Source: Dickeya solani IPO 2222
Lineage (GTDB): Bacteria; Pseudomonadota; Gammaproteobacteria; Enterobacterales; Enterobacteriaceae
Direction: 5' to 3'
Length of the DNA: 32,000 nt
Assembly (NCBI RefSeq): GCF_001644705.1
Contig: NZ_CP015137.1
Location: forward strand, 3,300,001-3,332,000
Shown: positions 1 to 8,736 of the stretch, piece by piece
Numbering within the stretch: position 1 is the stretch's first letter
Layout of the letters: every line of letters begins with the position of its first letter
Translations under genes and position numbers: made by a program
The notes under the pieces: model-generated
What the model was told of the DNA's origin: nothing
Seen by the model: only the letters and a program-made list of their open reading frames with translations
The model's database searches: none

Positions 1-642
1 ATGGCGTTTGACCTGTTGCCGGGGCTGTTTGCCCGTTTCCGGCAGGACAACCCGGCCGTGACGTTTTTCCTGCAGGTTGGCACCGCGATACAGGTGTCGG
101 AAATGGTGCGCAACGGCGAATGCGATGTGGCGTTTCAGTTCAGCCTGTCGCCGGAGCGCGGCGTTGAGGTGATGGCGTCTTACCCGGCGCCGGTGCTGCT
201 GTTGATGCGGCCGGATCACCCGCTGGCGGACAAAGCTATTCAACTGGCGGACCTGCACGGGTTTCCGCTGGTGCTGCCGCAACAGGGCACCACCATCCGT
301 CAACTGTTCGATCTTTCCTGCCGGATGAGCGGCACCTTTCTGGAGCCGGCGCTCAGCTGCAACAACTTCTCCGCGCTGTATTATTTCATGCAGCAGACGC
401 CGGATGCCGTCACCGCCTGCAGCCATTTCTCGGTGCTGTACCGGGCGCGGGAGGACGGTTTGCTGCTCAAGCCGGTGCGTAGCGAACCGCTGACCCAGCG
501 CAGCCTGCAGGTGCAGATGCAGGCGGGTAAGCATCGCTCTGCCGCGTTAAGCCATTTCATCACCTTTATCATCGGCGAGCTGGATCGTGAGCACGCGCGT
601 CTGGCGGCGGAGATCGGGCTGGAACCGATAACGTTTCGTTAG
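1..642 (+). CDS. LysR-family transcriptional regulator, C-terminal effector-binding domain only (5' part lies left of the window)
   Basis: The frame is open from base 1 to TAG at 640-642. The sequence (PAVTFFLQVGTAIQVSEMVRNGECDVAF..., LVLPQQGTTIRQLFD) has the typical LysR substrate-binding-domain pattern. No N-terminal HTH is present, so the gene is truncated by the window edge and the ATG at base 1 is coincidental. Confidence 0.75.
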   Translation: MAFDLLPGLFARFRQDNPAVTFFLQVGTAIQVSEMVRNGECDVAFQFSLSPERGVEVMASYPAPVLLLMRPDHPLADKAIQLADLHGFPLVLPQQGTTIRQLFDLSCRMSGTFLEPALSCNNFSALYYFMQQTPDAVTACSHFSVLYRAREDGLLLKPVRSEPLTQRSLQVQMQAGKHRSAALSHFITFIIGELDREHARLAAEIGLEPITFR

Positions 643-655
643 CCGGTAAACGCGG

Positions 656-1312
656 CTAGCGTTGCCAGCGGCAGATGCGCCAGCCTTTCTCCTGCGCCAG
701 CGCCGCCAGTTCGGGCGCCGGGTTGATGGCGTAAGCCTGATCGACGAATTCCAGCATCGCCCGGTCGTTGAGCGAATCGCTGTAGCCGTGCAACTGGACG
801 AACGATTCGCTATCGCGCTGGGCCAGCCATTCGCGGATGCGGATCACTTTACCGTGCTGATACGTCGGCACGCCGTGGATGTCGCCGGTGAAACGCCCGT
901 CTTCCAGCGTGACGCCGATCGCCAGCGCATGATTGGCTCCCAGATGATCGGCGATCGGTTGCACCAGATGCTCGCCGCTGGCGGAAATAACGATCAGGGT
1001 ATCGCCGCGCTGGCGGTGCCAGTCCATCCGCTCGCGCGCCGCCGGGTAAAGCCGGGGCAGGATGTCGCGCCGGATAAAGCGGTCCACCCAGGCGGAAACC
1101 GTTTCGGCGCTCAGTCCAATCAGCGGCGACAGCGAAAGATACATGTAATCTTCGATCGCCAGCGTGCCCTGATAGTAACTCTGCATCAGGCGCTGTTCCT
1201 GCTGTAACAGTTCCTTGCCGGCAAATCCCTGCGACTCCAGCCAGCGCAGCCACAAACCGGTGCTGTCAGCGCAGATCAGGGTTTCGTCCAGATCAAACAG
1301 GGCTAAATCCAT
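656..1312 (-). CDS. HAD-IB family hydrolase (SerB-like phosphatase superfamily), 218 aa
   Basis: HAD motif I FDLDETL lies at the N-terminus, with ISAS (motif II region) and GYSDSLNDRAML (motif IV DSxND). The track ORF 656..1486 is over-extended. The ATG at 1312 is preceded by GGAGG (reverse complement of 1319-1323) with 6-nt spacing and yields MDLALFDLDETL. Confidence 0.85.
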   Translation of the reverse strand: MDLALFDLDETLICADSTGLWLRWLESQGFAGKELLQQEQRLMQSYYQGTLAIEDYMYLSLSPLIGLSAETVSAWVDRFIRRDILPRLYPAARERMDWHRQRGDTLIVISASGEHLVQPIADHLGANHALAIGVTLEDGRFTGDIHGVPTYQHGKVIRIREWLAQRDSESFVQLHGYSDSLNDRAMLEFVDQAYAINPAPELAALAQEKGWRICRWQR

Positions 1313-1421
1313 CGGGGTCCTCCGGAAGTGAAAAACGGTTATCAGGTGCGGCGGGGCGGATGCTGCGTCGGACGCAGAACCGCCACGCTCCAGTATATCG
1401 GCCGATGATGACAGTCGCGCG

Positions 1422-2621
1422 TCAGCGCGGTTGTGTCTGGCCGGACGCCGCCAGAACCTCTCGCATGATGCCGTTCTGCCAGTCAAAGTACGGGTTGAAG
1501 GTCAGGCGCACATGGGTTTTCCCCTCTTCCTGATAACCCCAGTCGGAATACCAGAGCCGGCTGCGATCGCGGCACTGGCTGCCCGTGGGAGACACCGGGC
1601 CGTTGCCGCAGAGTATCACCGAGCCATTGTTGCCATACAACGGATTAGCCGGCGCGAACAGTACCGACATATGCGAGAACTGGCTGATGCGCCATTCCGG
1701 CAGACGATCGGCACGCACGCGTTCCCGGTTGGTCATGGCGCTGTCCGGCTGGCCGTACCAGATCAAACGGCTGGCGGGGTGGGTGAAGTGGGTACGGAAT
1801 AGCTGCCGCAGGTAGGGCGCATCCAGCACCGAGTCGTGTTCGGCCACCACCATCAGCACCGGACGATCGTAATCCTGGCGCCACAGCAGGCGTCGTACCG
1901 CCAGGCTGGAACGATAATACTGGGCTAAACCGTTGGTGGGCACCCGCAGGTAACGGGTCGCCAGCTGTGCGGGCGTGCCGGGACGAGGCGTGCGCAGCCA
2001 ATCCCGGAACGGGGCCACCAGTGGTGTCAGAAAGTCAAAGGTTTCATTGGAGCGGATGGCGGGAGAGAACAATGCCAGCCCGCGGATCTCAGGATGTTCC
2101 AGCGCGTACTCCAGCGCCAGATTGGCGCCGGTGGAGAACCCGCCCAGATACACCTCATCCACATCGTGTTGCAGCAGTCTGGCCTGCTCGGCGACCACCT
2201 GCCGCCAGTCGTCTATCGACACCGGGATCATGTCTTCCGGCCGGGTGCCATGTCCGGCCAGTAGTACCGTGCGGACAAGGTATCCTTGCTGCGCCAGCAC
2301 CGGGGCGACATCGCTAAAGGTGCCGGGCGCATCGCCCAGCCCGTGCACCAGCAGGATGCCTTTGCGGGGTTGACCGGCGGGGCGAGTTTCCTGCGGTGTG
2401 TTCCAGCTCAGCTCCTGCCGGGTATCGCCGGACTGAAACGCCCGGTGTTGCCGCACCCATTGTTCGGTTTGCTGCTGATAGTCGGCGAAGGAGGATTGCC
2501 CCAGCGGGGGCGTGGTGGAACGGCCGCACGCCGTGAGCGTTGGTAGCCCGAATGCCAGCAACAGCGCCAGCGTTTTTGCCGTTAACAACCGGCGCCAGAC
2601 AGAAAGGATCGTGTATTCCAT
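1422..2621 (-). CDS. alpha/beta-fold serine hydrolase, predicted lipoprotein, 399 aa
   Basis: The start MEYTILSVWRRLLTAKTLALLLAFGLPTLTAC gives a signal peptide with lipobox LTAC (Cys32). It has a nucleophile elbow GGFSTGA (GxSxG), a HGLGD oxyanion-type motif, and later Asp (EHDSV) and His (FSHMS) candidates. The track ORF 1422..2810 is over-extended upstream of the signal peptide. Confidence 0.8.
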   Translation of the reverse strand: MEYTILSVWRRLLTAKTLALLLAFGLPTLTACGRSTTPPLGQSSFADYQQQTEQWVRQHRAFQSGDTRQELSWNTPQETRPAGQPRKGILLVHGLGDAPGTFSDVAPVLAQQGYLVRTVLLAGHGTRPEDMIPVSIDDWRQVVAEQARLLQHDVDEVYLGGFSTGANLALEYALEHPEIRGLALFSPAIRSNETFDFLTPLVAPFRDWLRTPRPGTPAQLATRYLRVPTNGLAQYYRSSLAVRRLLWRQDYDRPVLMVVAEHDSVLDAPYLRQLFRTHFTHPASRLIWYGQPDSAMTNRERVRADRLPEWRISQFSHMSVLFAPANPLYGNNGSVILCGNGPVSPTGSQCRDRSRLWYSDWGYQEEGKTHVRLTFNPYFDWQNGIMREVLAASGQTQPR

Positions 2622-3003
2622 AAAGCCATCCTTACGAGTGAACGCGCACAATAATAAGACGATATGACCGTGCTGGTTGACGGAAATCGTTCGTTGAATC
2701 ATAACGATGGCGGCCTGTGGAGGCAATTTCCCTTTGTGTAAAAAAATGCGCCGGAAAACCTGCGACAGCAGACAAATTCGGCGCTGCGGAATGGGGTAAA
2801 TAAATAGCATTGAAATAGTTAAAATTTGTTATTTGTCGATGGGGAGTAATCGGTGCGACAATCACCGCCCGTTGATTGACATCGGTGAACGGATCGGTAA
2901 CAGTCCGCCGCCTGAACGATAACCCGAGTAAACAGACGCGCATTGAAGCGCCGACAGTGTCATTTAAACCAACAGTGTCGTGTAAAACAAAAGGACGCGT
3001 GAG

Positions 3004-4104
3004 ATGCGCACAGTGAAAAAACCTTATCCGCCGTTTCACGCCGAGCATGTAGGCAGTTTTTTACTGCCGCACCGCTTAAAGCAGGCCCGGCAGGCATGGC
3101 GGCAAGGGCTCATGACCCACGATCGGCTGACGGAAATCGAAAACGAAGAAGTGCTGAATGTGGTCGAGCGCCAGAAGGCTTGCGGTCTGAGCGCGATTAC
3201 CGATGGCGAACTGCGTATTCGTGACGGTATCACCGATTTTTTCTCCTGCCTGGCGGGGATTGTCGTTGATGATACGGCCCTGCCGGACGGCGATATGCTC
3301 AGCCGGTTGCGGGTGGTGGGCAAACTCGATTTTGACGATGCGCACCCTTTTCTGACCCATTACCGCTTTTTACATCGGGCGGTGGGCGACGACGGGGAAA
3401 TTCTGGCGAAACAGACGCTTCCCAGCCCGAACATGCTGATGTATCCGGCTATCCGCAACAACGACGTTTACCCGTCGCTGGACGCGTTTTGCGATGATCT
3501 GGTCGCGGTGTACCGCAAAGTGATCCAGGCGTTTTACCGCCAGGGATGCCGTTATCTCCAACTGGATGACCTGTTCTGGGCGCGCCTGTGCGACGGTCAG
3601 GTCATGGAGCGAGAAAACGCGGCCGGGTTTGAATTGCGCGATCTGCTGGAGCGTTGCACCCGTACTCTGAATCAGGCGCTGGCGCAACGCCCGCCAGACA
3701 TGTTCATCAGCCTGCATATCTGCTGCCGGCGTTTTTCTCCCAACTGGGTGTATGGCTGCGGACATGAAGTGATGGGGTACGCGATGGCGAACCTGGCGGT
3801 GGACAGCCTGTTCATCGAATACGATGACCGACGCCCGGTCGGGCTGGAACCGTTGCGTCAGGTGAGTTGCCAGAAAGTGGTGCTGGGCGTGGTGGATGCC
3901 CGCAGCGCCGTGCTGGAAACGCTGGGTTCAGTGAAGATGGCGGTCAATACCGCCTCGTTGTATGTCCCGCTGCAGCAGTTGGCCATCAGCCCGAAGTGCG
4001 GCTTCGGGCACTGCGGCAAGGACGACATCACGGAAGAACAACAGTGGGCCAAACTGCGGCATATGGTGAATATTGCCCGCGAGGTCTGGACGCTGCCGGA
4101 GTAA
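3004..4104 (+). CDS. MetE C-terminal-domain-like protein (cobalamin-independent methionine synthase family II / YxjG-YxjH-like Zn methyltransferase), divergent paralog, 366 aa
   Basis: It is homologous over its full length to the ORF at 21638..22744, with shared blocks GCRYLQLDD, QKVVLG, SPxCGF and EEQQWAKL. The MetE-type Zn-ligand positions are kept: H-x-C in LHICCRR, E in FIEYD, C in SPKCGFG. The N-terminal block is diverged (ELRIRDGITDFF versus EFRRAWWHFDFF in the paralog). Confidence 0.8.
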   Translation: MRTVKKPYPPFHAEHVGSFLLPHRLKQARQAWRQGLMTHDRLTEIENEEVLNVVERQKACGLSAITDGELRIRDGITDFFSCLAGIVVDDTALPDGDMLSRLRVVGKLDFDDAHPFLTHYRFLHRAVGDDGEILAKQTLPSPNMLMYPAIRNNDVYPSLDAFCDDLVAVYRKVIQAFYRQGCRYLQLDDLFWARLCDGQVMERENAAGFELRDLLERCTRTLNQALAQRPPDMFISLHICCRRFSPNWVYGCGHEVMGYAMANLAVDSLFIEYDDRRPVGLEPLRQVSCQKVVLGVVDARSAVLETLGSVKMAVNTASLYVPLQQLAISPKCGFGHCGKDDITEEQQWAKLRHMVNIAREVWTLPE

Positions 4105-4203
4105 CCTGCTGAAAGACGGTGTATTCATGGTGAGAATAATTCTTGATATCGCTTCGAGGCTGATTAAACTGGCTGCGCTCGTTGTTACAGAAAAGCGGAT
4201 ATT

Positions 4204-5880
4204 ATGGAGTTACTTCACCTTGTCTACCGCCAGTATCGCTGGCCGTTCCTGACCGTCATCTTTCTTAGTCTCGCCAGCGCGGCGCTGGGGATTGGCTTGA
4301 TCGCCTTCATTAACCAGCAACTGATTAAGGCCGTTAGCCCGACGCTACAGGTATTGCCGGGGTTCATCGGCTTGCTGGTATTGCTGATGACGGTGACGCT
4401 GGCTTCGCAACTGGCGCTGACCGTGCTGGGCCACCACTTTGTTTGCCGCCTGCGCGGGCAACTGATTAAACGTATTCTCGACACCGGGCTGGAACGGCTG
4501 CGGCAGATTGGCCCCGCGCAGTTGCAGGCCAGCCTTGCCAGCGATATCCGCACCATCACGCTGGCGTTTGTGCGCCTGCCGGAACTGGTGCAGGGCATCA
4601 TTCTGACCTTCGGCTGCGCCGCCTATCTGGCCTGGCTGTCACCCCGCATGATGCTGGTGACGGCGTTGTGGGTGGCGCTCACCATCTGGGGCGGCTACTG
4701 GCTGGTTTCCCGCGTGTATCGCCATTTCAGCCGGGTGCGCGAAGAGGAAAACCGGCTGCACGAAGATTACCAGCAGGTGATCGACGGCTGCAAAGAGCTG
4801 TCGCTGAACCGCGACCGGGCGCGCCAGTTGTATGAGCAGGACTATCAGCGCCATGCCGACGACTACCGTCACCATATTATCCGGGCGGATACCTACCACC
4901 TGAGCGCCATCAACTGGTCGAATATCATGATGTTGGGCGCGATCGGCGCGGTGTTCTTTATGGCCAACAGTCTGGGCTGGGCCGATAACGCGGTAGCCGC
5001 CACCTATTCCCTGATTCTGCTGTTTTTGCGCACGCCATTGCTGCAGGCGGTAGGCGCGTTTCCTACGCTGGTCAGCGCCCAGGTGGCGTTTGACAAGCTG
5101 CGCCAGTTGAAGCTGGTCGATTATCAGCCGGGATTTTCGTCGGTCTCCGCCCCCCGCCAGTGGCAAACCCTGACGCTGCGCGATGTCTGCTTTCGCTATG
5201 GCGACGGCGGGTTTGAGGTCGGGCCGGTCAATCTCACGCTGCAGCGCGGCGAACTGGTGTTCCTGATCGGCGGCAACGGCAGCGGCAAGTCAACGCTGGC
5301 GATGCTGCTGACCGGGCTGTACACGCCGGTGTCGGGCGAGCTGGCGCTGGATAACCGGCCGGTGCCGCTGGCGCAGTATCAGACGCTGTTTTCGGCGGTG
5401 TTTACCGATTTCCACCTGTTTGATCGCCTGATGGGGCCGCTGGGCGGTGCTCCGGACACATCGCTGGTGTCCGACTGGCTCGACCGGCTCAATATGCGCC
5501 AGAAACTGCACATCACGGAGCAGCGCATCCTGAATCTGTCGCTCTCGCAGGGGCAGCGCAAGCGGGTGGCGCTGCTGCTGGCGGTGGCGGAGCAGCGCGA
5601 TATTCTGCTGCTGGATGAGTGGGCCGCCGATCAGGACCCGCAATTCCGCCGGGTGTTTTATCAGGTGTTATTGCCGCAACTGCGCTCGGAAGGAAAAACC
5701 GTTATCGCCATCAGCCATGACGACCATTATTTCGAACAGGCGGACCGGTTGCTGGAAATGCGCGCCGGCACGCTGGTGGAGCTGGTTGGCGACGCCCGCC
5801 GCGAGGCAAGCCGCGATGCGGTTGCCCGCATCAGCCTCGTTGATACGGATGCCGATGAAAATAGGCTGCTTATTCAGTGA
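4204..5880 (+). CDS. yojI: YojI-type ABC exporter (cyclic/lasso-peptide transporter family; fused TMD-NBD), 558 aa
   Basis: The N-terminus [15 protein letters not shown]...[17 protein letters not shown] and the C-terminal ...ASRDAVAR match my memory of E. coli YojI (microcin J25 efflux). It has Walker [10 protein letters not shown], signature LSQGQRKR and Walker [12 protein letters not shown]. Confidence 0.85.
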   Translation: MELLHLVYRQYRWPFLTVIFLSLASAALGIGLIAFINQQLIKAVSPTLQVLPGFIGLLVLLMTVTLASQLALTVLGHHFVCRLRGQLIKRILDTGLERLRQIGPAQLQASLASDIRTITLAFVRLPELVQGIILTFGCAAYLAWLSPRMMLVTALWVALTIWGGYWLVSRVYRHFSRVREEENRLHEDYQQVIDGCKELSLNRDRARQLYEQDYQRHADDYRHHIIRADTYHLSAINWSNIMMLGAIGAVFFMANSLGWADNAVAATYSLILLFLRTPLLQAVGAFPTLVSAQVAFDKLRQLKLVDYQPGFSSVSAPRQWQTLTLRDVCFRYGDGGFEVGPVNLTLQRGELVFLIGGNGSGKSTLAMLLTGLYTPVSGELALDNRPVPLAQYQTLFSAVFTDFHLFDRLMGPLGGAPDTSLVSDWLDRLNMRQKLHITEQRILNLSLSQGQRKRVALLLAVAEQRDILLLDEWAADQDPQFRRVFYQVLLPQLRSEGKTVIAISHDDHYFEQADRLLEMRAGTLVELVGDARREASRDAVARISLVDTDADENRLLIQ

Positions 5881-5946
5881 TCTGGCTCTCCTGTTGGTCA
5901 TCAGACGCTATACAGCCTTTGGGGGGCGCTGCAACATAAGCGCCGA

Positions 5947-5980
5947 TGCCAGCCTTCCGGCTGGCAGATAAGGAGTTTTT
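5947..5980 (+). terminator. hairpin TGCCAGCC-TTCC-GGCTGGCA followed (after 9 nt) by TTTTT; likely yojI terminator
   Basis: A perfect 8-bp stem with a tetraloop lies at 5947-5966 and a T-run at 5976-5980. The stem and T-run are not contiguous, so this is not a textbook intrinsic terminator. Confidence 0.5.
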
Positions 5981-6062
5981 CGATAAAAAAAACGGTCGGC
6001 TGATGCCGGTTTCCGGGCAGGAACAGCCCGATCGTCCTCTGACCTATTAAAGAGAATCTGTT

Positions 6063-7109
6063 ATGGAACGATGGTTTAAATCTCTGTTTATTCTTGTTTT
6101 CTTCTTTGTTTTTACGGCCAATGCGGCAGATAAACTGCCAAATATCGTCATCCTGGCAACCGGCGGTACTATTGCCGGTTCGGCGTCGACAAGTACCCAG
6201 ACCACCGGTTACAAGGCGGGCGCGCTCGGCGTGGATACGTTGATCAACGCCGTGCCTGACGTGAAAAAACTGGCTAACGTAAAAGGCGAGCAATTCGCCA
6301 ACATGGCCAGCGAAAACATGACCGGCGATGTGGTGCTGAAATTGAGCCAGCGTGTGAACGCGCTGCTGGCGCGCGACGATGTGGACAGCGTGGTGATTAC
6401 CCACGGTACGGACACGCTGGAGGAGTCGGCCTATTTTCTTCATCTGACGGTGAAGAGCGACAAGCCGGTGGTGTTTGCGGCGGCGATGCGTCCGGCCACG
6501 GCCATCAGCGCCGACGGTCCGATGAACCTGCTGGAAGCGGTCCGCGTGGCGAGCGACAAACAGTCTCGCGGCCGCGGCGTGCTGGTGGTGCTCAATGATC
6601 GTATTGGTTCCGCCCGTTATATCACCAAGAGCAATGCCTCGACGCTGGACAGTTTCCGGGCGAATGAAGAAGGTTATCTGGGTGTCGTGATCGGCAACCA
6701 TATCTATTACCAGAACCGTCTCGACAAACTGCATACCAACCGCTCGGTGTTCGATGTACGCAGCCTGACCTCGCTGCCGAAAGTCGATATTCTTTATGGG
6801 TATCAGGATGATCCGGAATACCTGTACGACGCCGCCATTAGCCACGGCGTGAAAGGCATTGTCTATGCCGGTATGGGGGCGGGGTCGGTGTCGGTGCGCG
6901 GCATAGCCGGAATACGCAAGGCGCAGGATAAAGGCGTGGTGGTGATGCGCTCCTCCCGCACCGGCAACGGCATCGTACCGCCGGATGAGGCGCTACCGGG
7001 TCTGGTCGCCGATTCTCTTAACCCGGCCCATGCCCGTATCCTGTTGATGCTGGCATTGACCCGCACCAGCGATCCGGCGGTGATCCAGGACTATTTCCAC
7101 ACCTATTGA
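6063..7109 (+). CDS. ansB: periplasmic L-asparaginase II (Erwinia chrysanthemi / Dickeya type), 348 aa
   Basis: A signal peptide is followed by [19 protein letters not shown]..., with HGTDT and ...[24 protein letters not shown]. From memory it is nearly identical to the Erwinia chrysanthemi asparaginase. Confidence 0.95.
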   Translation: MERWFKSLFILVFFFVFTANAADKLPNIVILATGGTIAGSASTSTQTTGYKAGALGVDTLINAVPDVKKLANVKGEQFANMASENMTGDVVLKLSQRVNALLARDDVDSVVITHGTDTLEESAYFLHLTVKSDKPVVFAAAMRPATAISADGPMNLLEAVRVASDKQSRGRGVLVVLNDRIGSARYITKSNASTLDSFRANEEGYLGVVIGNHIYYQNRLDKLHTNRSVFDVRSLTSLPKVDILYGYQDDPEYLYDAAISHGVKGIVYAGMGAGSVSVRGIAGIRKAQDKGVVVMRSSRTGNGIVPPDEALPGLVADSLNPAHARILLMLALTRTSDPAVIQDYFHTY

Positions 7110-7130
7110 TCGGCGCTTTTGCCGCGCGAA

Positions 7131-7152
7131 CAGGCCGCCGACTGGCGGCCTG
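7131..7152 (+). terminator. hairpin CAGGCCGCC-GACT-GGCGGCCTG downstream of ansB
   Basis: A perfect 9-bp GC-rich stem lies 22 nt after the ansB stop. It is followed by ACTGTTTGT, a weak U-tract. Confidence 0.6.
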
Positions 7153-7303
7153 ACTGTTTGTCATGCGACTGGCGGCATAACGCCGGTTTTTACGGCGTAA
7201 CTTGCCATATTTGGTAAGCATTATGGCGTGTTGTGCTGAATTTAAACGGAAAGCTGGCGTGAAGTGGCTTTCCCCATGCCGGGGCAGCGCGGAGGCTTTC
7301 TTA

Positions 7304-7408
7304 ATGAGGATTATTGCCTGTATGATTCTGCTCTTGGTACGACAGGCGCCGGCTGGCAGCAGTCCCGCTGCGGATGGCAGGCCTGAGAAAAATAAGGACT
7401 GGTCGTGA
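7304..7408 (+). CDS. speculative 34-aa leader/small membrane peptide upstream of aroL ([34 protein letters not shown])
   Basis: GGAGG at 7291-7295 lies 8 nt upstream of the ATG at 7304. The N-terminus is hydrophobic. The stop TGA at 7406-7408 is 1 nt before the aroL ATG (TGAcATG). There is no homology evidence. It lies in frame inside the track ORF 7202..7408. Confidence 0.25.
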   Translation: MRIIACMILLLVRQAPAGSSPAADGRPEKNKDWS

Positions 7409-7409
7409 C

Positions 7410-7931
7410 ATGACACAACCCATTTTTATGGTCGGCGCCAGAGGGTGCGGAAAAACCACGGTTGGCGGTGAGCTGGCGCGGTCGCTTGGCTATGAGTTTG
7501 TCGATACGGACATTTTTATGCAGTATACCAGCGGCTTGACCGTGGCGGATGTGGTCGCCGCTGAAGGGTGGCCGGGATTTCGCCGCCGGGAAAGCGAGGC
7601 ATTGCACGCGGTGACGGCGCCGAACCGGATTGTAGCGACCGGCGGCGGTATGGTGCTGCTGGAACAGAATCGTCAGTTTATGCGCGCGCAGGGGATCGTT
7701 ATCTACCTGCACGCGCCGGCGCAGGCGCTGGCACAGCGGTTGCAGGCCAGTCCGCAGGCGCATCAGCGACCGACGCTGACCGGGCGGCCGATCGCCGAAG
7801 AGATGGAGGCGGTGCTCAGAGAGCGCGAGGCGCTGTATCAGGATGTGGCGCACTATGTGGTGGACGCCACCCGGGTGCCGGCCGTGATTGTTTCGGAACT
7901 GGTGCAGACGCTGCGTCTGCCGGCGGCCTGA
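7410..7931 (+). CDS. aroL: shikimate kinase II, 173 aa
   Basis: [19 protein letters not shown] (P-loop) and ...RPTLTGRP... match E. coli AroL from memory. The track ORF start at 7374 is an upstream in-frame extension. Confidence 0.93.
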   Translation: MTQPIFMVGARGCGKTTVGGELARSLGYEFVDTDIFMQYTSGLTVADVVAAEGWPGFRRRESEALHAVTAPNRIVATGGGMVLLEQNRQFMRAQGIVIYLHAPAQALAQRLQASPQAHQRPTLTGRPIAEEMEAVLREREALYQDVAHYVVDATRVPAVIVSELVQTLRLPAA

Positions 7932-7967
7932 CGGTCAATCGATTTTTTAACAGAAAGGTTGGGCATT

Positions 7968-8252
7968 ATGCTGAATGTAAATGAGTATTTTGAAGGGAAA
8001 GTAAAATCCATCGGTTTTGACGGCAGCCGCATCGGCCGCGCCAGCGTCGGGGTGATGGAAGCCGGCGAATATACCTTTGGCACCGGGCAGGCGGAAGAAA
8101 TGACGGTAGTCAGCGGCGCGCTGAACGTGCTGCTGCCGGGTGCGCAGGAATGGCAGTTGTTCGAAGCCGGTGCGGTCTTCAATGTGCCGGAAAAAAGTGA
8201 ATTCAAACTGAAGGTGTCCGAACCGTCATCCTATCTGTGCCGTTATCTCTGA
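7968..8252 (+). CDS. ppnP: pyrimidine/purine nucleoside phosphorylase PpnP (YaiE), 94 aa
   Basis: [17 protein letters not shown]...SSYLCRYL is collinear with E. coli YaiE (94 aa, from memory). The ATG at 7968 has GAAAGG 10 nt upstream. The track start at 7959 is a TTG extension. Confidence 0.92.
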   Translation: MLNVNEYFEGKVKSIGFDGSRIGRASVGVMEAGEYTFGTGQAEEMTVVSGALNVLLPGAQEWQLFEAGAVFNVPEKSEFKLKVSEPSSYLCRYL

Positions 8253-8281
8253 TTCCGGTCATATTTTCCTTTCGTGATAAT

Positions 8282-8310
8282 CGGCTGTCAGTGATATCGG
8301 CAGCCGTTTT
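8282..8310 (+). terminator. rho-independent terminator of ppnP
   Basis: The stem CGGCTG (8282-8287) pairs with CAGCCG (8301-8306). It is followed directly by TTTT (8307-8310), 30 nt after the ppnP stop. Confidence 0.65.
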
Positions 8311-8537
8311 CTGATATTAATTTGCGCTCCCTGCTTATCCATGCCGTAGTGCCATCGGCTTGTCATCCTGCTGCCATACGATTGTCGACATGTTTTGCTA
8401 TTTCATTTTATAGTGATAATGACGTTTGGTAATTATCAGGCGAAATGATGCTGATTTGATAATATATATTTAGATATATTGTTGATTTGTTATTAATTAT
8501 AAAACTCATATTATTTTCTTATAAGAAAAATTTCAGA

Positions 8538-8553
8538 TAAATCTGTAAATCTG
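8538..8553 (+). repeat. exact tandem duplication TAAATCTG TAAATCTG inside an extremely AT-rich island
   Basis: Read directly at 8538-8545 and 8546-8553. The surrounding 8461-8550 is about 13% G+C by hand count. Confidence 0.9.
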
Positions 8554-8736
8554 ATTGCGGCCATTGTATTTTCCTGTGAGAGGGCCTTTCTTTTGGCTAC
8601 GGTGTCGTTAGTCAGCGTGATGAGAGGAGATACTTCTGGCAGACAGTTTCATTTTTCCGAATGGAATGCCTCATAACTGATGAGGCGATCGTTATGGTTA
8701 TCTAAAAAAAAGCATTTCAATAATTACGTGGTCACT

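Noticed and set aside
656-2810. Long N-terminal extensions in track ORFs (656..1486, 1422..2810; likewise 10998..12050, 16709..17998, 20374.., 23090.., 8680..)
   Set aside because: In each case an internal start gives the conserved family N-terminus (HAD motif I, lipoprotein signal peptide, RdgC, SbcD, signal peptide, BrnQ, MCP TM1). The upstream extension is R/P/A-rich and non-homologous, or it overlaps the neighbouring gene or promoter.
7229-7246. TyrR-box-like sequence TGTTGTGCTGAATTTAAA upstream of aroL (consensus TGTAAA-N6-TTTACA)
   Set aside because: Only 8 of 12 specified positions match and the left half-site is poor (3/6). This is not distinguishable from chance by eye.
8441-8520. 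GATAAT-containing stretches resembling Fur-box hexamers upstream of the MCP
   Set aside because: The best 19-bp alignment to GATAATGATAATCATTATC is about 10/19, which is expected by chance in DNA of this AT content.
8538-8566. Possible FliA (sigma-28) promoter for the MCP: TAAA-N15-GCGGCCAT
   Set aside because: The -10 part matches GCCGATAA at only 4 of 8 positions, and in very AT-rich DNA a TAAA is uninformative. The MCP may still be FliA-dependent, but this sequence does not show it.
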